Shown here piece after piece: positions 1 to 10,929 of a stretch of DNA of 64,000 nt (positions are counted from its first letter, which is position 1; each line of letters starts with the position of its first letter). Under the pieces are notes generated by a model, which was not told where the DNA came from, searched no databases, and worked only from the letters and a program-made list of their open reading frames with translations. The stretch covers positions 19,964,001-20,028,000 of the forward strand of contig NC_045707.1 of the NCBI RefSeq assembly GCF_009834535.1, given 5' to 3'. Made by a program: the position numbers and the translations under genes. Source of the stretch: Camelus ferus (taxonomy: Eukaryota).

Positions 1-29
1 CCAGATACAGGTTTCCCTCTTTCCCATAG

Positions 30-2283
30 GCTTTTCTGCTCCCCTCCTGTGGCTCCAGAATTGCCTGATTCGAGCAGCAGATGATCGGGAGGAGGTTGGT
101 AAGTGGATAAATGACGGTTTCAGGAGGACTGGAGGCTCCTGGAGACCTGGTTGTGAAATGGAGGACCAGTTCTTTCTTCACAGCTTCACCATATGATTGT
201 TGACCCCGTCCTAGGCTGCTCCCAGGCAATTCCACTGGTGCCACTGACGGCAGAAAATGAGGAAGCAATGGAAAATGAACAGTTTCAGCAGCTGCTGCGA
301 AAGCTAGGGGTTCGGCCTCCTGCCTCTGGGCAGGTAAATACACCAGTTATTGCATCAGCCAAGCCCCGCTGGTGCTACTTCAAGATACACCTCCCACTCC
401 TCCTCCTCTTTTCCTGTCATCTCTGACCGTGACTCCTATAACAGCCGTCCTGCAAGTCTTCCTCCCTCCTGTCTTCCACTCTGCCCCCTGAGTTGTCTTT
501 CTAAAATACAGCCTTGATTATATCACTCTCCCGTCCAGAGCACTTGCTGGTCCCCCACTGTTTGCAGAGCAGAATTCACAGCCTCCAAGGGGCATGCCTG
601 GCCTTGGCCGACCTTTGCAGCCTCACAGCCATGCCACCCGCTCTCCTGCCTTACTCTGTAGTCATCCTGGGCTAATTTCCATCCTCCAAACAGTAGGCCT
701 TTTCATACCATCAAACGTTGGCCTTTTCATACTATCAAACAGTTGATCGTGCCAGTCCCTCAGCTGGAAGGCTCCAACTGCAGACACGCGGTGACATGCA
801 CGTCACCTGTCTTCCTGATGAACTTGCACCGAGTCAGTTCAAGAGTCAATTCAAGAGTCAGTTCAGTCGTCACCTCCTCAGAGAAGCGGTTTCTATTACT
901 CTTTCAACCCCTGAAGCGGAAGTACAGTTGCCTCTGGGTTTCCAAGGAGGGGATTGGTTCCAAGACCCACTGCAAATACTGAAATTCACAGATGCTCATC
1001 TCTTTTATAAAATGACATAATATTTGCATATAACCTATGCGTATCATCTGTAGATTATTTATAATGCCTAACACAATGTAAATGCTATGTAAATAGCTGC
1101 CAGTGTACAGCAAATTCAAGTTTTGCTTTTTGGAACTTTTTGGAATGGTTTTTTTGTGAATATTTTTGAATCACTTGGTTGAATCCGTGGGTGTGGAACC
1201 CATGGATATGGAGGACCGACTGTAGTCACTTTGGTGGCTGGAATTTGTTCATTCCCATAGTATAGCCCCAATCCTGTGGTCTTACAGTACATTGGTTCTT
1301 TCTCCCATTAGATTGTGAGTTCCTTGAGAGCAAGGATCAAATCTGACTTAGGAGATCCCCAGGGGCCATTATTCATTTACTTACATAATTGACAACTATA
1401 TTTACTGGGAACCTCCTGATGTATCAGACACTGTGCTCAACACTGGGCATATGCTGGAAAAATAAGCAATAAGTAGAGTTCACAACCCTTGTGGAGCTTC
1501 ACCAGTGTAAGCTCCACATGTAAGCTCATGTTTATTCAGTGAGTAATATCAAAATCTGGTGAACCAGAGGCTGCTCCTTTCCCACCACTCTCATTTTCAA
1601 CTTCTTTGCCCCCGTAGGAAACCTTCTGGCGAATTCCAGCCAAGCTGAGTCCCACCCAGCTCCGGAGGGTGGCAGCTTCTTTGAGACAGCCAGAGGAGGA
1701 GGAAACGCTTCAGCCTGTACTAGAACCCAAGGTCCCTGGAGAGCAAGGCCCGGAGGAGGAGCACCAACAGGAGCACCGAGCACAAGCTCTGCGGGCCCTC
1801 CTGTTAGCCCGGAAAAAGAAAGCAGGCCTGGTGTCCCCGGAGGGTAATAGCAGGACCACTCTTGTATTGAGTGCTTACTACGTGCCAGCCGTGTGAATCA
1901 AGAGGGCTGATAGAGTATTTTGAGTCTATGAGGACCTAGTTCCCTAATTTTATTCCTCCTGTGGTCATTTCAGAGGAAGGGACTGATGAAGGGAAAGAGC
2001 AGCTGAAAGTGGCACCCAGGAAGAGACAACTGCTGGACAGTGATGAGGAAGATGAGGACAGGAGCCCAGGTAGAGCGTCTGGTCGGACCTGCTTTCTCCT
2101 CTGCCCTCTAGCACTCCTCTCTCCAGTCCTGAAGATAAATGCTGCCATCCCCCTTCTCCCTTAACATGTTTAGGTAACCTCTCTCTTCTTACCCCTGACA
2201 TTCCCACAGCACCAGAGTCGGGAGCTCCAGGAATCAAAAAGAAGAAGCAGTTTCAAATTGAGGATGAAGATGAGAGCGACTGA
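30..2283 (+). CDS. TIMELESS: TIMELESS circadian/replication-fork protein, last five coding exons (5'-partial)
   Basis: Exons 30-98, 215-333, 1618-1843, 1974-2069 and 2210-2283 (TGA), all AG/GT bounded with consistent phases. They translate to ...[21 protein letters not shown] / [39 protein letters not shown] / [17 protein letters not shown]... / ...[15 protein letters not shown], matching the recalled TIMELESS C-terminus. ATTAAA at 2862. Confidence 0.96.
925..1222. mobile_element. MER2-like (TcMar-Tigger) DNA transposon fossil in TIMELESS intron
   Basis: Begins cagttgcctctggg...ggattggttccaagacc and ends ...ggaggaccgactg; TA on both sides. Family assignment is from recalled consensus. Confidence 0.75.
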
Positions 2284-3074
2284 GGAGCCAGGAGTCTGGG
2301 GGAAGAGATAGATCTGTTTTTGGGTGGTGAATTTAAATCTGAGTTTGGAGGGCGGTACAGGATCCAGAAATTCCTCTTCCTGGACAGGAACAGTGGAGTC
2401 CTGGGCTTGCCTATCGATTTACAGTCCAAGAAGTTCAGGCAACAGTGTTGGCTTCCTGTATAGTCACTTCTTCTGTCTCCCCGTTTTATCAGTGGGCCTC
2501 AGTAGCTCTCTGGAGACTTACTCCTCTTCTCATTTCTTTGAGTTGATAGCACCCCTTAGCAAATGAGAGGAGGGAGTGAAATATAGAGGGCATCTTGGAC
2601 CCCTCTTACCAGTCTGTTCCTTTTGGCTTTCAGCTGGAGGGGGCTCACAGCACCAAATGGGGAGTTCTGTGACATGATGGGTGAGGTGTAGGACCATCTT
2701 TGAAGGGCACCAGATGCTCCCATCCTCATTTTCTTTCCTGTGATCACCCTCTAGACACCAGATTGAGCCCAGTTCCTGCATTTGAAGTAGGGTTGGGATG
2801 CAGTACTCTCCAGATGATGAGTGTGTTTGGTTTATATTTGGTATTGATTTAAACATGTAAAATTAAAAGTTGCCCATGTTGATCCGACTTGCCAATCTGT
2901 CTAAGTACCCCAGCTCTCCACCTGTTACATTCATGGAAGAACTTTTAACTACTAGGGTTAAAAGAGACTTACCAGCCTTCCCTTTTCTCCCACTTTCCCT
3001 ATAGAAGACACAGAAAAACATTTTCACCTCAAGATCCTCTGTCTAGGATAAATCTTTAGTGACAAGAGCATGCA

Positions 3075-3920
3075 TGAGAACAGGCACATGAAAAGAAGCT
3101 CAATATTAATCATAGAGAATCACAAATCAAAACCATAATGACAGATCACCTGACACCTGTCAGAACGGCTATCATTAAAAAGACCACAAATAACAAACGT
3201 TAGCAAGGATGTGGAGAAAAGGGAACCCTTGTACACTGTTGGTAGGAATGTAAATTGGTGCAGCCATGTGGAAAACAGTATGAAAGTCCTCAAAAAAACT
3301 AAAAATAGAACTATCATGACTCAGCAATTCTAAGCTTGGGTATACATCTGAGAAAAATGAAAACGCTAATTCTAAAAGATACATGCACCCCCATGTTCAC
3401 AGCACCATTATTCATGATTGCCAACATAAGCAATTCGTGTCCGTCAACAGATGAATGAATAAAGAAGACTCACACATGTACACACAATGGAATACTACTC
3501 AGCCATAAAAAAGAATAAAATTTTGCCATTTGCAGCAACATGGAAGGACTTGGAGGATATTATGCTTAGTGAAGTAAGCCAGAGAAAGATAAAGCCTGTG
3601 TGATATCACTTATATGTGGAATCTAAAAAATAAGCTACTGAATGTAATGAAAAAGAGACAGACTCATAGATAAAGAGAACAAACCAGTGGCATTACAGTG
3701 GGAAGGGGTGAGGGGCAAAATAGGGGTAGGGAAGTAATAGGTACAAACTATGTATAAAATAGTTAAGTTAAATGATACATTGTACAGCACAGAATATAGC
3801 CCAATATTTTATAACTATAGATGGAGTATAACCTTTAAACATTGAGTCACTATGTTGTATACCTGAGACCTACATAATATTGTACATCAACTATACCTCC
3901 AAAAAAAAAGAAAAGAAAAA
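3075..3920 (+). mobile_element. LINE-1 3' fragment (ORF2 end, 3'UTR, A-rich tail)
   Basis: Typical L1 ORF2-end text (gaaatcacaaatcaaaacc...acctgtcagaacggctatc...ggagaaaagggaaccct), ending in an A-rich tail at ~3900-3921. Confidence 0.9.
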
Positions 3921-4469
3921 AGCATATGCATCAGGAAGAAGCAGGAGCAACAAGAGAGAAAAAGCCAGTTTGTCAGCACAGAGGTAGACAAAGTCCAGGT
4001 AAGAAAGATGTGAGTAAACCTTGCAAATCTCTTGTCTTTCCTTGTTCTTGGAAGCCATCAGTTCTCTGGCTCCCTTGTGTTTCCAGCTGAGGTAGGGTGA
4101 AGGTAGAATTGTGAAGAAAGCCATTCAGATTAGGGAGAGCCCTCGCAGTAAAGGATGTGTTTCAACTGCCTTGTTTCTCTGACTTGTTTTTTTCCCTTCC
4201 ATAACCTCTAAAGATAGAGGTGAAGCTAAGTCCAGGGTAACTGAAGTTTTCAAGGGCTAAGACACATTTTGCCAGTTAGAGTAAAGTGTATAAACCTTGT
4301 CTCTCCAGGTGTCTTTACCCTCTCCCATTCATACTATAATTATCTTGAATATTTCCTCTCTATATGTTGAGAACCATATAAGGCAATGTAATATTTTATT
4401 TCAATTTCCTAACATAATTAGAAAACTCATGAGAAGATGGATGGTATATAATTATCTGTATTTTTTACC

Positions 4470-5870
4470 CTTTCGGTTGCTTTTTATGGAATCCAGACAA
4501 GCTGAACCCCCAAGAAAGTTAGATGCTTCTTTCAGCCACTCAGAAGAGGAAAGCTGCAGCCAGTGCTGGAACCTGAAGTCTGGAGAGCCAGGGCCTGAGG
4601 AGGAGTGCTGAGCACAAGCCCTGAGGGCCCTCCTGTTAGCCACAAAAGGGAGTAGGCCTGGTGTCCCAAGGGGATGATAGCAGGAAGCACATGTGTTGAG
4701 GACTTACAGTGTACCAGCCATGCTGGTTGAGGGGGCTGACAGTGTTACTTTGATGCCTCCTATTTCAGTGGGAGATCAGGCTGATGGGGACTGGCAACTA
4801 AAAACAGCACCCAAGATTTTTAAGGCAGTGAAAGTATTCTGTATGATACTGTAAAGGTAGATTATACATTATACATTTGGTAAAATCCATAGAACTATGC
4901 AATGCAAAGAGTTGAACCCTAATGCAAGCTTTGGACTTAGGTGATAACAATGAATAATACATAATAATATAAACTAAATAAAAATTTAATATAATAATCA
5001 AATGTAACAAAGGTACCATACCAGTGGAAGATGTTAATGGGAAACTGAGGGGTTGGGAGAGAGGATACTGCTGGGGGGCAGGGGGTGTCTATACTTTATG
5101 CTCAATTTTTCTATAAACTTAAAACTAGTCTAAAATATAAACTCTTAATTAAAACAAGAAACTCATTACCCAAGAAGTGACAACTAATGGGAATTGATGA
5201 GGAACAAGTAGACGAGGACAGGAGTAAAGGTAGAAAGTCTGATTGCGAGGACTTGCCCCTGTCTTCACCCTCTGTCATTTCTCTCCGTCCTGGAGACGAA
5301 CGTACCACCACTTTCCAGCCTCCTGCCATATTGACACAGTCTCTCCTGTCATTCCCAAGGCACCAGAGTTGGAAAGTCAAGGAATTTCAACGGAAAGTCA
5401 TTTTTATATTGAAGATGAGAGTGACGCTGACTGAGGAACTGGAAATGGAGACAGGACCAGTTATGGATGGTGAAGTCAAGTCAGAAATGGAAGAATCTGA
5501 TAGGATCCAAAACTTCCCCAAGCTGGACAGAAGCAGTAGACATTCCCCATGGACGGGGTTGGATATCTCTACATCCAGTTCCCCCAACTTTAGGAGTGTG
5601 TCCCCAGTAGCTCTCTGAAGGCTTACTTCTCTTATTCTTGGAACTGATTTCTTCTTGCTTGTTAAGGGCCCCTCCTGGAACTGAGAGGAGTGAGTAAGAG
5701 AGGAAGAGGAACCCAGGACCACTTCTTGGACAGTTCCCTTTGGCAGTCTGCCAGGGTGGGTTATAGCACCACAGAGGAAGCTCTGTGGCACAATGATGTG
5801 TGGACTTTTGTACCAGTTTTAGGAGGCACCATAAACCATTGTTCATTATTGTCCAGACTGCAGTTTCTCA
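4470..5870 (+). pseudogene. Degenerate duplicate of the last three TIMELESS exons plus 3'UTR
   Basis: 4490-4740 aligns by eye to exon 1618-1843 and its downstream intron (gcacaagccctgagggccctcctgttagcc vs gcacaagctctgcgggccctcctgttagcc). 4775-4816 plus 5168-5230 matches exon 1974-2069; 5355-5435 matches the last exon (gcaccagagt...gaagatgagag...gactga); 5690-5850 matches the 3'UTR at 2570-2720. Contains stops and indels. Confidence 0.85.
4817..5167 (+). mobile_element. Old L1 3'-end fragment inserted into the duplicated TIMELESS pseudo-exon
   Basis: L1M-type 3'UTR text flanked by the direct repeat acccaaga (4809-4816 and 5168-5175), which rejoins the pseudo-exon. Confidence 0.7.
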
Positions 5871-6631
5871 CCTAGAATCCTGGATGAGAAAAGAAGTCAA
5901 TCCCTATAGTTTTGACACAGGCTTAGAAAGAGGTACTATCATGTATTTAATTAGGGTATTTCACTGTAATTAAGAATGTCAAAACTGAAAAGTTGCTCTG
6001 GTTTGATCTGACTTTCTGGTAGGTACTATCATCCCATTGCTCTACCTGTTAAATTCATTGAATAAGAATTATTTTGGGGTCTTTTACCTAGAAATCATTG
6101 GCATCCCTGTCTTTGATCTCCCTGCTTCCCCAGAAGATGTAAAGGAATTTTTCCTGATCTAAGTTTGGGTCTAGAGAAGTCCTTAGGTTGGGGAGAATAT
6201 GGGGCGGGAAAAGCAGTGGCCACAAAGGGAGCAGGCCTGATTGTTGGCATGGGGGCAAAGGTGAGGGCAAAGCCTGAACCACGAAGAGGTGGATAAATAT
6301 TTGTGAATGTTATGTCCTTCACTGTTTTCAGAGGGGTCAACTTTTTTGGCTGGGATAAAGAGAAGATCAGATCTAGAAAGCAGTGATTCAGATCACGGAA
6401 GCACCGAGGCAAAGGACGTGTTCAGACCTCTTTCCTCTGTCCTGTTTCTTCCCGGAGTAGGTGAGTATCACCCACAGCCTATAAGGTCTGATGTCCGGGG
6501 TGATTAAAGTTCCCAAGGGCTAAGACACTTCCTAGCTCTGACCAGTCTCGGTGTCTCTTCATCCCAGGCCTCTCCCCGCTTCCCAACCTGAGCACTGCTT
6601 CTTTCCAGCAGGGCTGTTCTGCTGACCCACC

Positions 6632-7396
6632 ATGGTCCAGGCTGTGCTGCTCCTTTGCTGTGTTTTCCTGTCCCCAGTGGCTGCCTTTCCAAGAAATGGC
6701 CAGAAAGGAGCCTTGAACTTCCAGCCGTCTTTCACAGAAACTGGGCATGCTCTGAACAGGCTCTCCAACCAGATCCCTCTCCCAGATCCCAAGACCTGCC
6801 AGGATCTTTTGGGCATGGCCTCCTCCTTAGCCCCTCTGCCTGAGTACCTATCCAGCTTAGCTCTGGAGGTGGTCCTGGAGGAGGTTGGCTGCCCAACTGA
6901 GGCCCACCTTCTGCAGCTTCAGCTTGTTAAGATGGGAGGAAAGGATACCACTGAAACCCTCATCCGTGAGAGTAAAAAGCACAATGAGGAGGAAGGGACT
7001 GGCATTACTACGGTTGTTCTGAGGGATCAGGGAGGACCCCCAGGGGAGCTGAGGCGGGTCCAGCGCTCAGTTACCCTTCCTGAGGCATGTAGGCTTGAAC
7101 ATAGGTGGGTGCTCTATGAGACAGCAAAACTGATAGCTGAATTTGCTGACAAGCTTTCTTCTACTGAGCTGGTAACAGAACTAAAGGCTTCTGCCATTAA
7201 TGTCACCCAGAAGTGCACGGATGAGTCTTGGAAGCATTTGGAAGCAGTAGGGAAACGGCTGATGAAAAGCCCTGAGGCTAAGGGCCTCACGATGCCTATA
7301 GAAGATCAGATATACTTTGCCAAGCGTACCATAACCCTTCTGCTGCACATTATACTGGAACATATACAGGAAGCTTCTACAGGCTTCATTGGATAA
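6632..7396 (+). CDS. APON: Apolipoprotein N (ApoF-family secreted proprotein), intact 254-aa single-exon ORF
   Basis: Kozak context accATGG; hydrophobic signal peptide MVQAVLLLCCVFLSPVAA; ApoF-family pro-region (C-x-x-L...LAPLPEYLSSLALEVVLEEVGC...LQLQL); furin-type site RRVQR/S. Splice acceptor at ~6608 upstream and ATTAAA at ~7744. It lies between TIMELESS and APOF, where Apon sits in mouse and cattle as I recall. Confidence 0.85.
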   Translation: MVQAVLLLCCVFLSPVAAFPRNGQKGALNFQPSFTETGHALNRLSNQIPLPDPKTCQDLLGMASSLAPLPEYLSSLALEVVLEEVGCPTEAHLLQLQLVKMGGKDTTETLIRESKKHNEEEGTGITTVVLRDQGGPPGELRRVQRSVTLPEACRLEHRWVLYETAKLIAEFADKLSSTELVTELKASAINVTQKCTDESWKHLEAVGKRLMKSPEAKGLTMPIEDQIYFAKRTITLLLHIILEHIQEASTGFIG

Positions 7397-8009
7397 GGAG
7401 AGCCTGTGAGGCATCATATTTCCTTTCTCAAAGGTCTCCGATAGGACTGTACACAAGGACTGAGCACAACAAGTCGTTAGAAATGGACAGAAGTATGCTA
7501 TTCTTTTGATCCTAGAGCTAAAAGACATGTGACCGGAGCCAGCTTTGTCCCCTCTCTTAGCAAGTCCTAGCCGCTATTTTTTCGCCCAATTTCTCTCTCT
7601 TTCAGTTGTCGAATACTGTGGATTTATTATGTACTAGACGTGAAGGATATTGTGACCTTTCCCCATTCATGTGCCATTCACTTTCTAATTGCCCAACTGG
7701 GTACTGTAATTTGCTTATGTTAATTTTTAAACTGAAAAGAGAAATTAAAAGTTGCTTCTATATCAGAATCACAGTTACTTGATCTCTCTTAACTCCGGGT
7801 CTCCATGGCTTCTTTTGTGAACTAGCAATAGAATGTGGCAGGGACATGTTGGAAATGCCAAGGTCTTTTGAGGCTGAGTGTGTGACAAGGGGACAAGGTT
7901 CAGTCAGTACAAATGGACAAACATTTGTAGGAGTCATGCCCTTGCTGATCACTGGGGAAAGCAACCATCTTCCCTCCTCATGGGACAGAGAGCTGGGCAG
8001 AGTGGGTCT

Positions 8010-9400
8010 AGACCTACTAGAGCAGTCTCACTTCTCACTGACTGGATTTTGTGGTAATTTGGGGCCCCATAACTGCATGAAATGAGGTCCATGTGAAGCA
8101 GAGGAAGTCCCTGGTGATCTGGATGGGGAGACCAAGAAGAGAAATAAGGTCCCATTCCTCATTCCAGGCCCCAAACTTAAAACAAAGAGAGGCTGGGGGT
8201 TGTTGGGTAAGATGTCCTCTGACTGAGCCCCGGGCTCCTTCAGACCACAGCCCAAGGGAAACAGTTTGAGTGTTGTCTTCCATTCTAGCGTAGTCCGATC
8301 CAGCTAGGCTTCACCGAGACCCATCATGACCTGCTCCTTTACTGCCTCCTGCTGTACCTTGTGGTTGTCACTTCATGTGGCACCCAGAAAAAGACCTTTT
8401 TCCTCCTCTCTGGGGATCTGGCCACCCTCTGCAGGCTCTTGGTTTTGCCAGATTCTGCTCCCAAAGCCCTTGCCTGGCCTCACCCACTTTGTCCTCCACC
8501 AAGCACGTCTCTGGAGCAGGCTGATCACCAGCCTGATTCCTAGACCCTGAAGCTTCATCTTTACAGCCAGAGAATAGGAAAGCCGTACAAGGTGCCACAC
8601 GGACAGCAGCACAGAGATGGGCTTCGCAGGGGATTCTCTGGTCTCTGTTCTGCAGCTAGTAGGCAGGGAACCTGCCTAATACAGGGATACAGGGAAAGAA
8701 AGATATGCCTTCTCTACCCTAGAATGTTAGTATGAGCAAGAGCAGCGTGGTCCAGCTGTTGCCAGCAGTGGGAATGTGCTGCAAAGTCAGGCACAGCTTT
8801 GTACTCTGCTGCTTTTTTTTTTTTTTAACATTTTTTATTGATTTATAATCATTTTACAATGTTGCGTCAAATTCCAGTGTTCAGCACAATTTTTCAGTCA
8901 TACATGGACATATACACACTCAATGTCACATTTTTTTCTCTGTGAGCTTCCATAACATTTTGTGTATGTTTCCCTGTGCCATACAGTATAATCTTGTTTA
9001 TCTATTCTACAATTTTGAAATCCCAGTCTATCCCTTCCCACCCAGTACTCTGCTGCTTAGAACTACTTCAGTAGACCAAGGAGTGAGGCTGAGGTGGGGC
9101 CATAGACCTGAGCTGCAGCCTTCTGATGATCACGCAAAGGTTGTCTGGGGCCCAGGGGTTACTGGTGAGTTCTGTGCTTAAACCTGCAGCGAAGGCTGGG
9201 GTTCAGCAGCTGATCCAGTATTACTATGAGAAAGAGGCAAATACCCCTCTGTCAGAGACTGAGGAGGAGGGGTTGGGAGGCACCACAGATGTAAATTGCC
9301 CAGGGGTGACAGACAACAACCACGACGTCAGAGGACAAGGCTCCTGAAGAAGTGAACTCAGCTCCTACTCATTGTGGGCCTTATTCAAGGACACTGTTCC
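8010..9400 (+). pseudogene. APOF-like pseudogene (duplicated, two-exon remnant)
   Basis: Exon-1 remnant cagtctcacttctcactgactggattttgtg/gtaatttggg (~8023-8060) matches 21487-21527. The body matches APOF (gattctgctcccaaagcccttgcctggc; ttaaacctgcagcgaaggctggggttcagcagctgatccagtattac...gagaaagaggcaaatacccct) but has many frameshifts and stops and an L1 insertion. Confidence 0.9.
8815..9044 (-). mobile_element. 5'-truncated L1 3' end inserted in the APOF pseudogene, 14-bp TSD
   Basis: Poly-T followed by L1 3'UTR text; perfect direct repeat gtactctgctgctt at 8801-8814 and 9045-9058. Confidence 0.88.
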
Positions 9401-9921
9401 TAGGAATCTTACACTTCGTATAAATAAAGGGGTTACACACAGGAGAAATTAAAGTGAATTAAAAATTATCACCAACTCCTTTGTCCTAATCCTCAGATAT
9501 GGAATGAAATATTCAACTATGAGTATGTCACTCTGTCATTATCCATTCTAGTGAGGAGAATCCTCTTACCTCAAAAAAAAAAAAAAAGTTTTCCTTCATA
9601 ATAAAATTGTGTGGCTTCTTAAATCACACATATGTTTTCTTTATTCTATTAGGTTCTGTGTACTGTAATAAGTCTAGGTTTCCCAAACAAAGATCCGATG
9701 GCCCCAGCAGCAAGAATGCTGCATAGCCCAAGAGATCTTTCTTCGATGTGCTAATCTGTGCATTGAAAATCAGAGGTGACATAAATCTTAACAGTCTTTG
9801 CTGAATTTCCAGGTGGTTTGAATGAGAATGATCCTCTGATTAAGGAAGGGAAGAGGGACCTGGGGGTGAATTAGAGCCAATTACAACCTTAGGAGTTTTA
9901 TGACTTCTTGCACAATTTCTA

Positions 9922-10085
9922 GACCACTGCTATCCAACAGAACTTTGAAGGACGATGGAAATGTTCTGTATCTGTGCTGTCCAGTATGGTGGATGCAAGC
10001 CCCATATGTCCATTGGGCACCTGAAATGTCAGTAGTGCGACTGAAAAACTGAATCTGTTTCTTTCCATGTTTTAAATTATTAATC
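9922..10085. mobile_element. MER3-like hAT DNA transposon fossil
   Basis: ctgctatccaacagaacttt...gatggaaatgttctgtatctgtgctgtccagtatgg resembles the recalled MER3 consensus. Confidence 0.6.
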
Positions 10086-10125
10086 ATAGTTTTAATTCTT
10101 GGTATTACAGGACAAGGTCTCTAGG

Positions 10126-10504
10126 TGTTACAGACTGAATTGTATCCCCCTCAAAATTCATACGGTGAAACCCTACCCCACAGTGTGACTACATTTGGGG
10201 AGGGGGCCTTTAAAGAGGTAGTTAAGGTTAAATGAGATCATAAGAGTGGGACCGTAATCCAATGGGACTGGTGTCATAAGAAGTGGAAAAGACAGCAGGA
10301 ATGCATACACGCAGAGGAAAGGCCGTGTGAAGGCACAGCCAGAAGGCAGCCATCTGCAAGCCAAGGAGAGATATCTCAGGACTAACTAAACCTGCCAATT
10401 CCATGATCTTGGACTTCTAGCCTCCAGACAGTGAGAAATAAATTCCTTTTGTTTAAACCACTCAGTCTATGGTATTTTGTTATGGAGTTCTCACAGACTG
10501 ACGC
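10126..10504 (+). mobile_element. MaLR solo LTR (MLT1B-like)
   Basis: Starts tgttacagactgaattgtatccccctcaaaattcat, has an internal AATAAA (~10437) and ends ...cagactgacgca (TG...CA termini). Confidence 0.8.
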
Positions 10505-10649
10505 ATTAAGTATAGGCATTTTTCACCTATTTTCTGGTATCCTGTGAGTCCATTCAATCTGAAAAATTTTTCTTCTTCATTCCCCTCCTCCAAAAAGAAC
10601 CTCTTATAACTGAAGAAAATAATTTTCTCACTTCCTCTTTTTTTAGTTT

Positions 10650-10870
10650 AGTTTTTTAAAATTGTGGTGAAAAACACATAACATAAAATTTACCATATTA
10701 ACCATTTCTAAGTGTACATTTCAGTAATATTAGCTATTCGCATTGTTGTGCAGCCTGTTTCCAGAAACTTTTCATCATATAAAATTGCAAATCTGCCCAT
10801 TAAACAGCAACTCCCCATTTCTACCACCCCTCAGCCCCAGCAACCACCCTTCTACCTTCTGTGACTTTGA
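10650..10870 (-). mobile_element. L1MA/MB-type 3'UTR fragment
   Basis: aattgtggtgaaaaacacataacataaaatttaccatattaaccatttctaagtgtac... is a characteristic antisense L1 3' end. Confidence 0.75.
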
Positions 10871-10929
10871 CTACTCTAGATCTCTTCCTCCTCATTGCAA
10901 TTTCCTTGTCATCTTTTCTAAAATATACC

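Noticed and set aside
790-807. Short inverted repeat ggtgac-atgcac-gtcacc
   Set aside because: A 6-bp stem is expected by chance in 64 kb.
5187-5618. 143-aa ORF beginning MGIDEEQVDEDR
   Set aside because: A chance frame running through a TIMELESS pseudo-exon, intron and UTR remnant; no coherent protein beyond the short acidic remnant.
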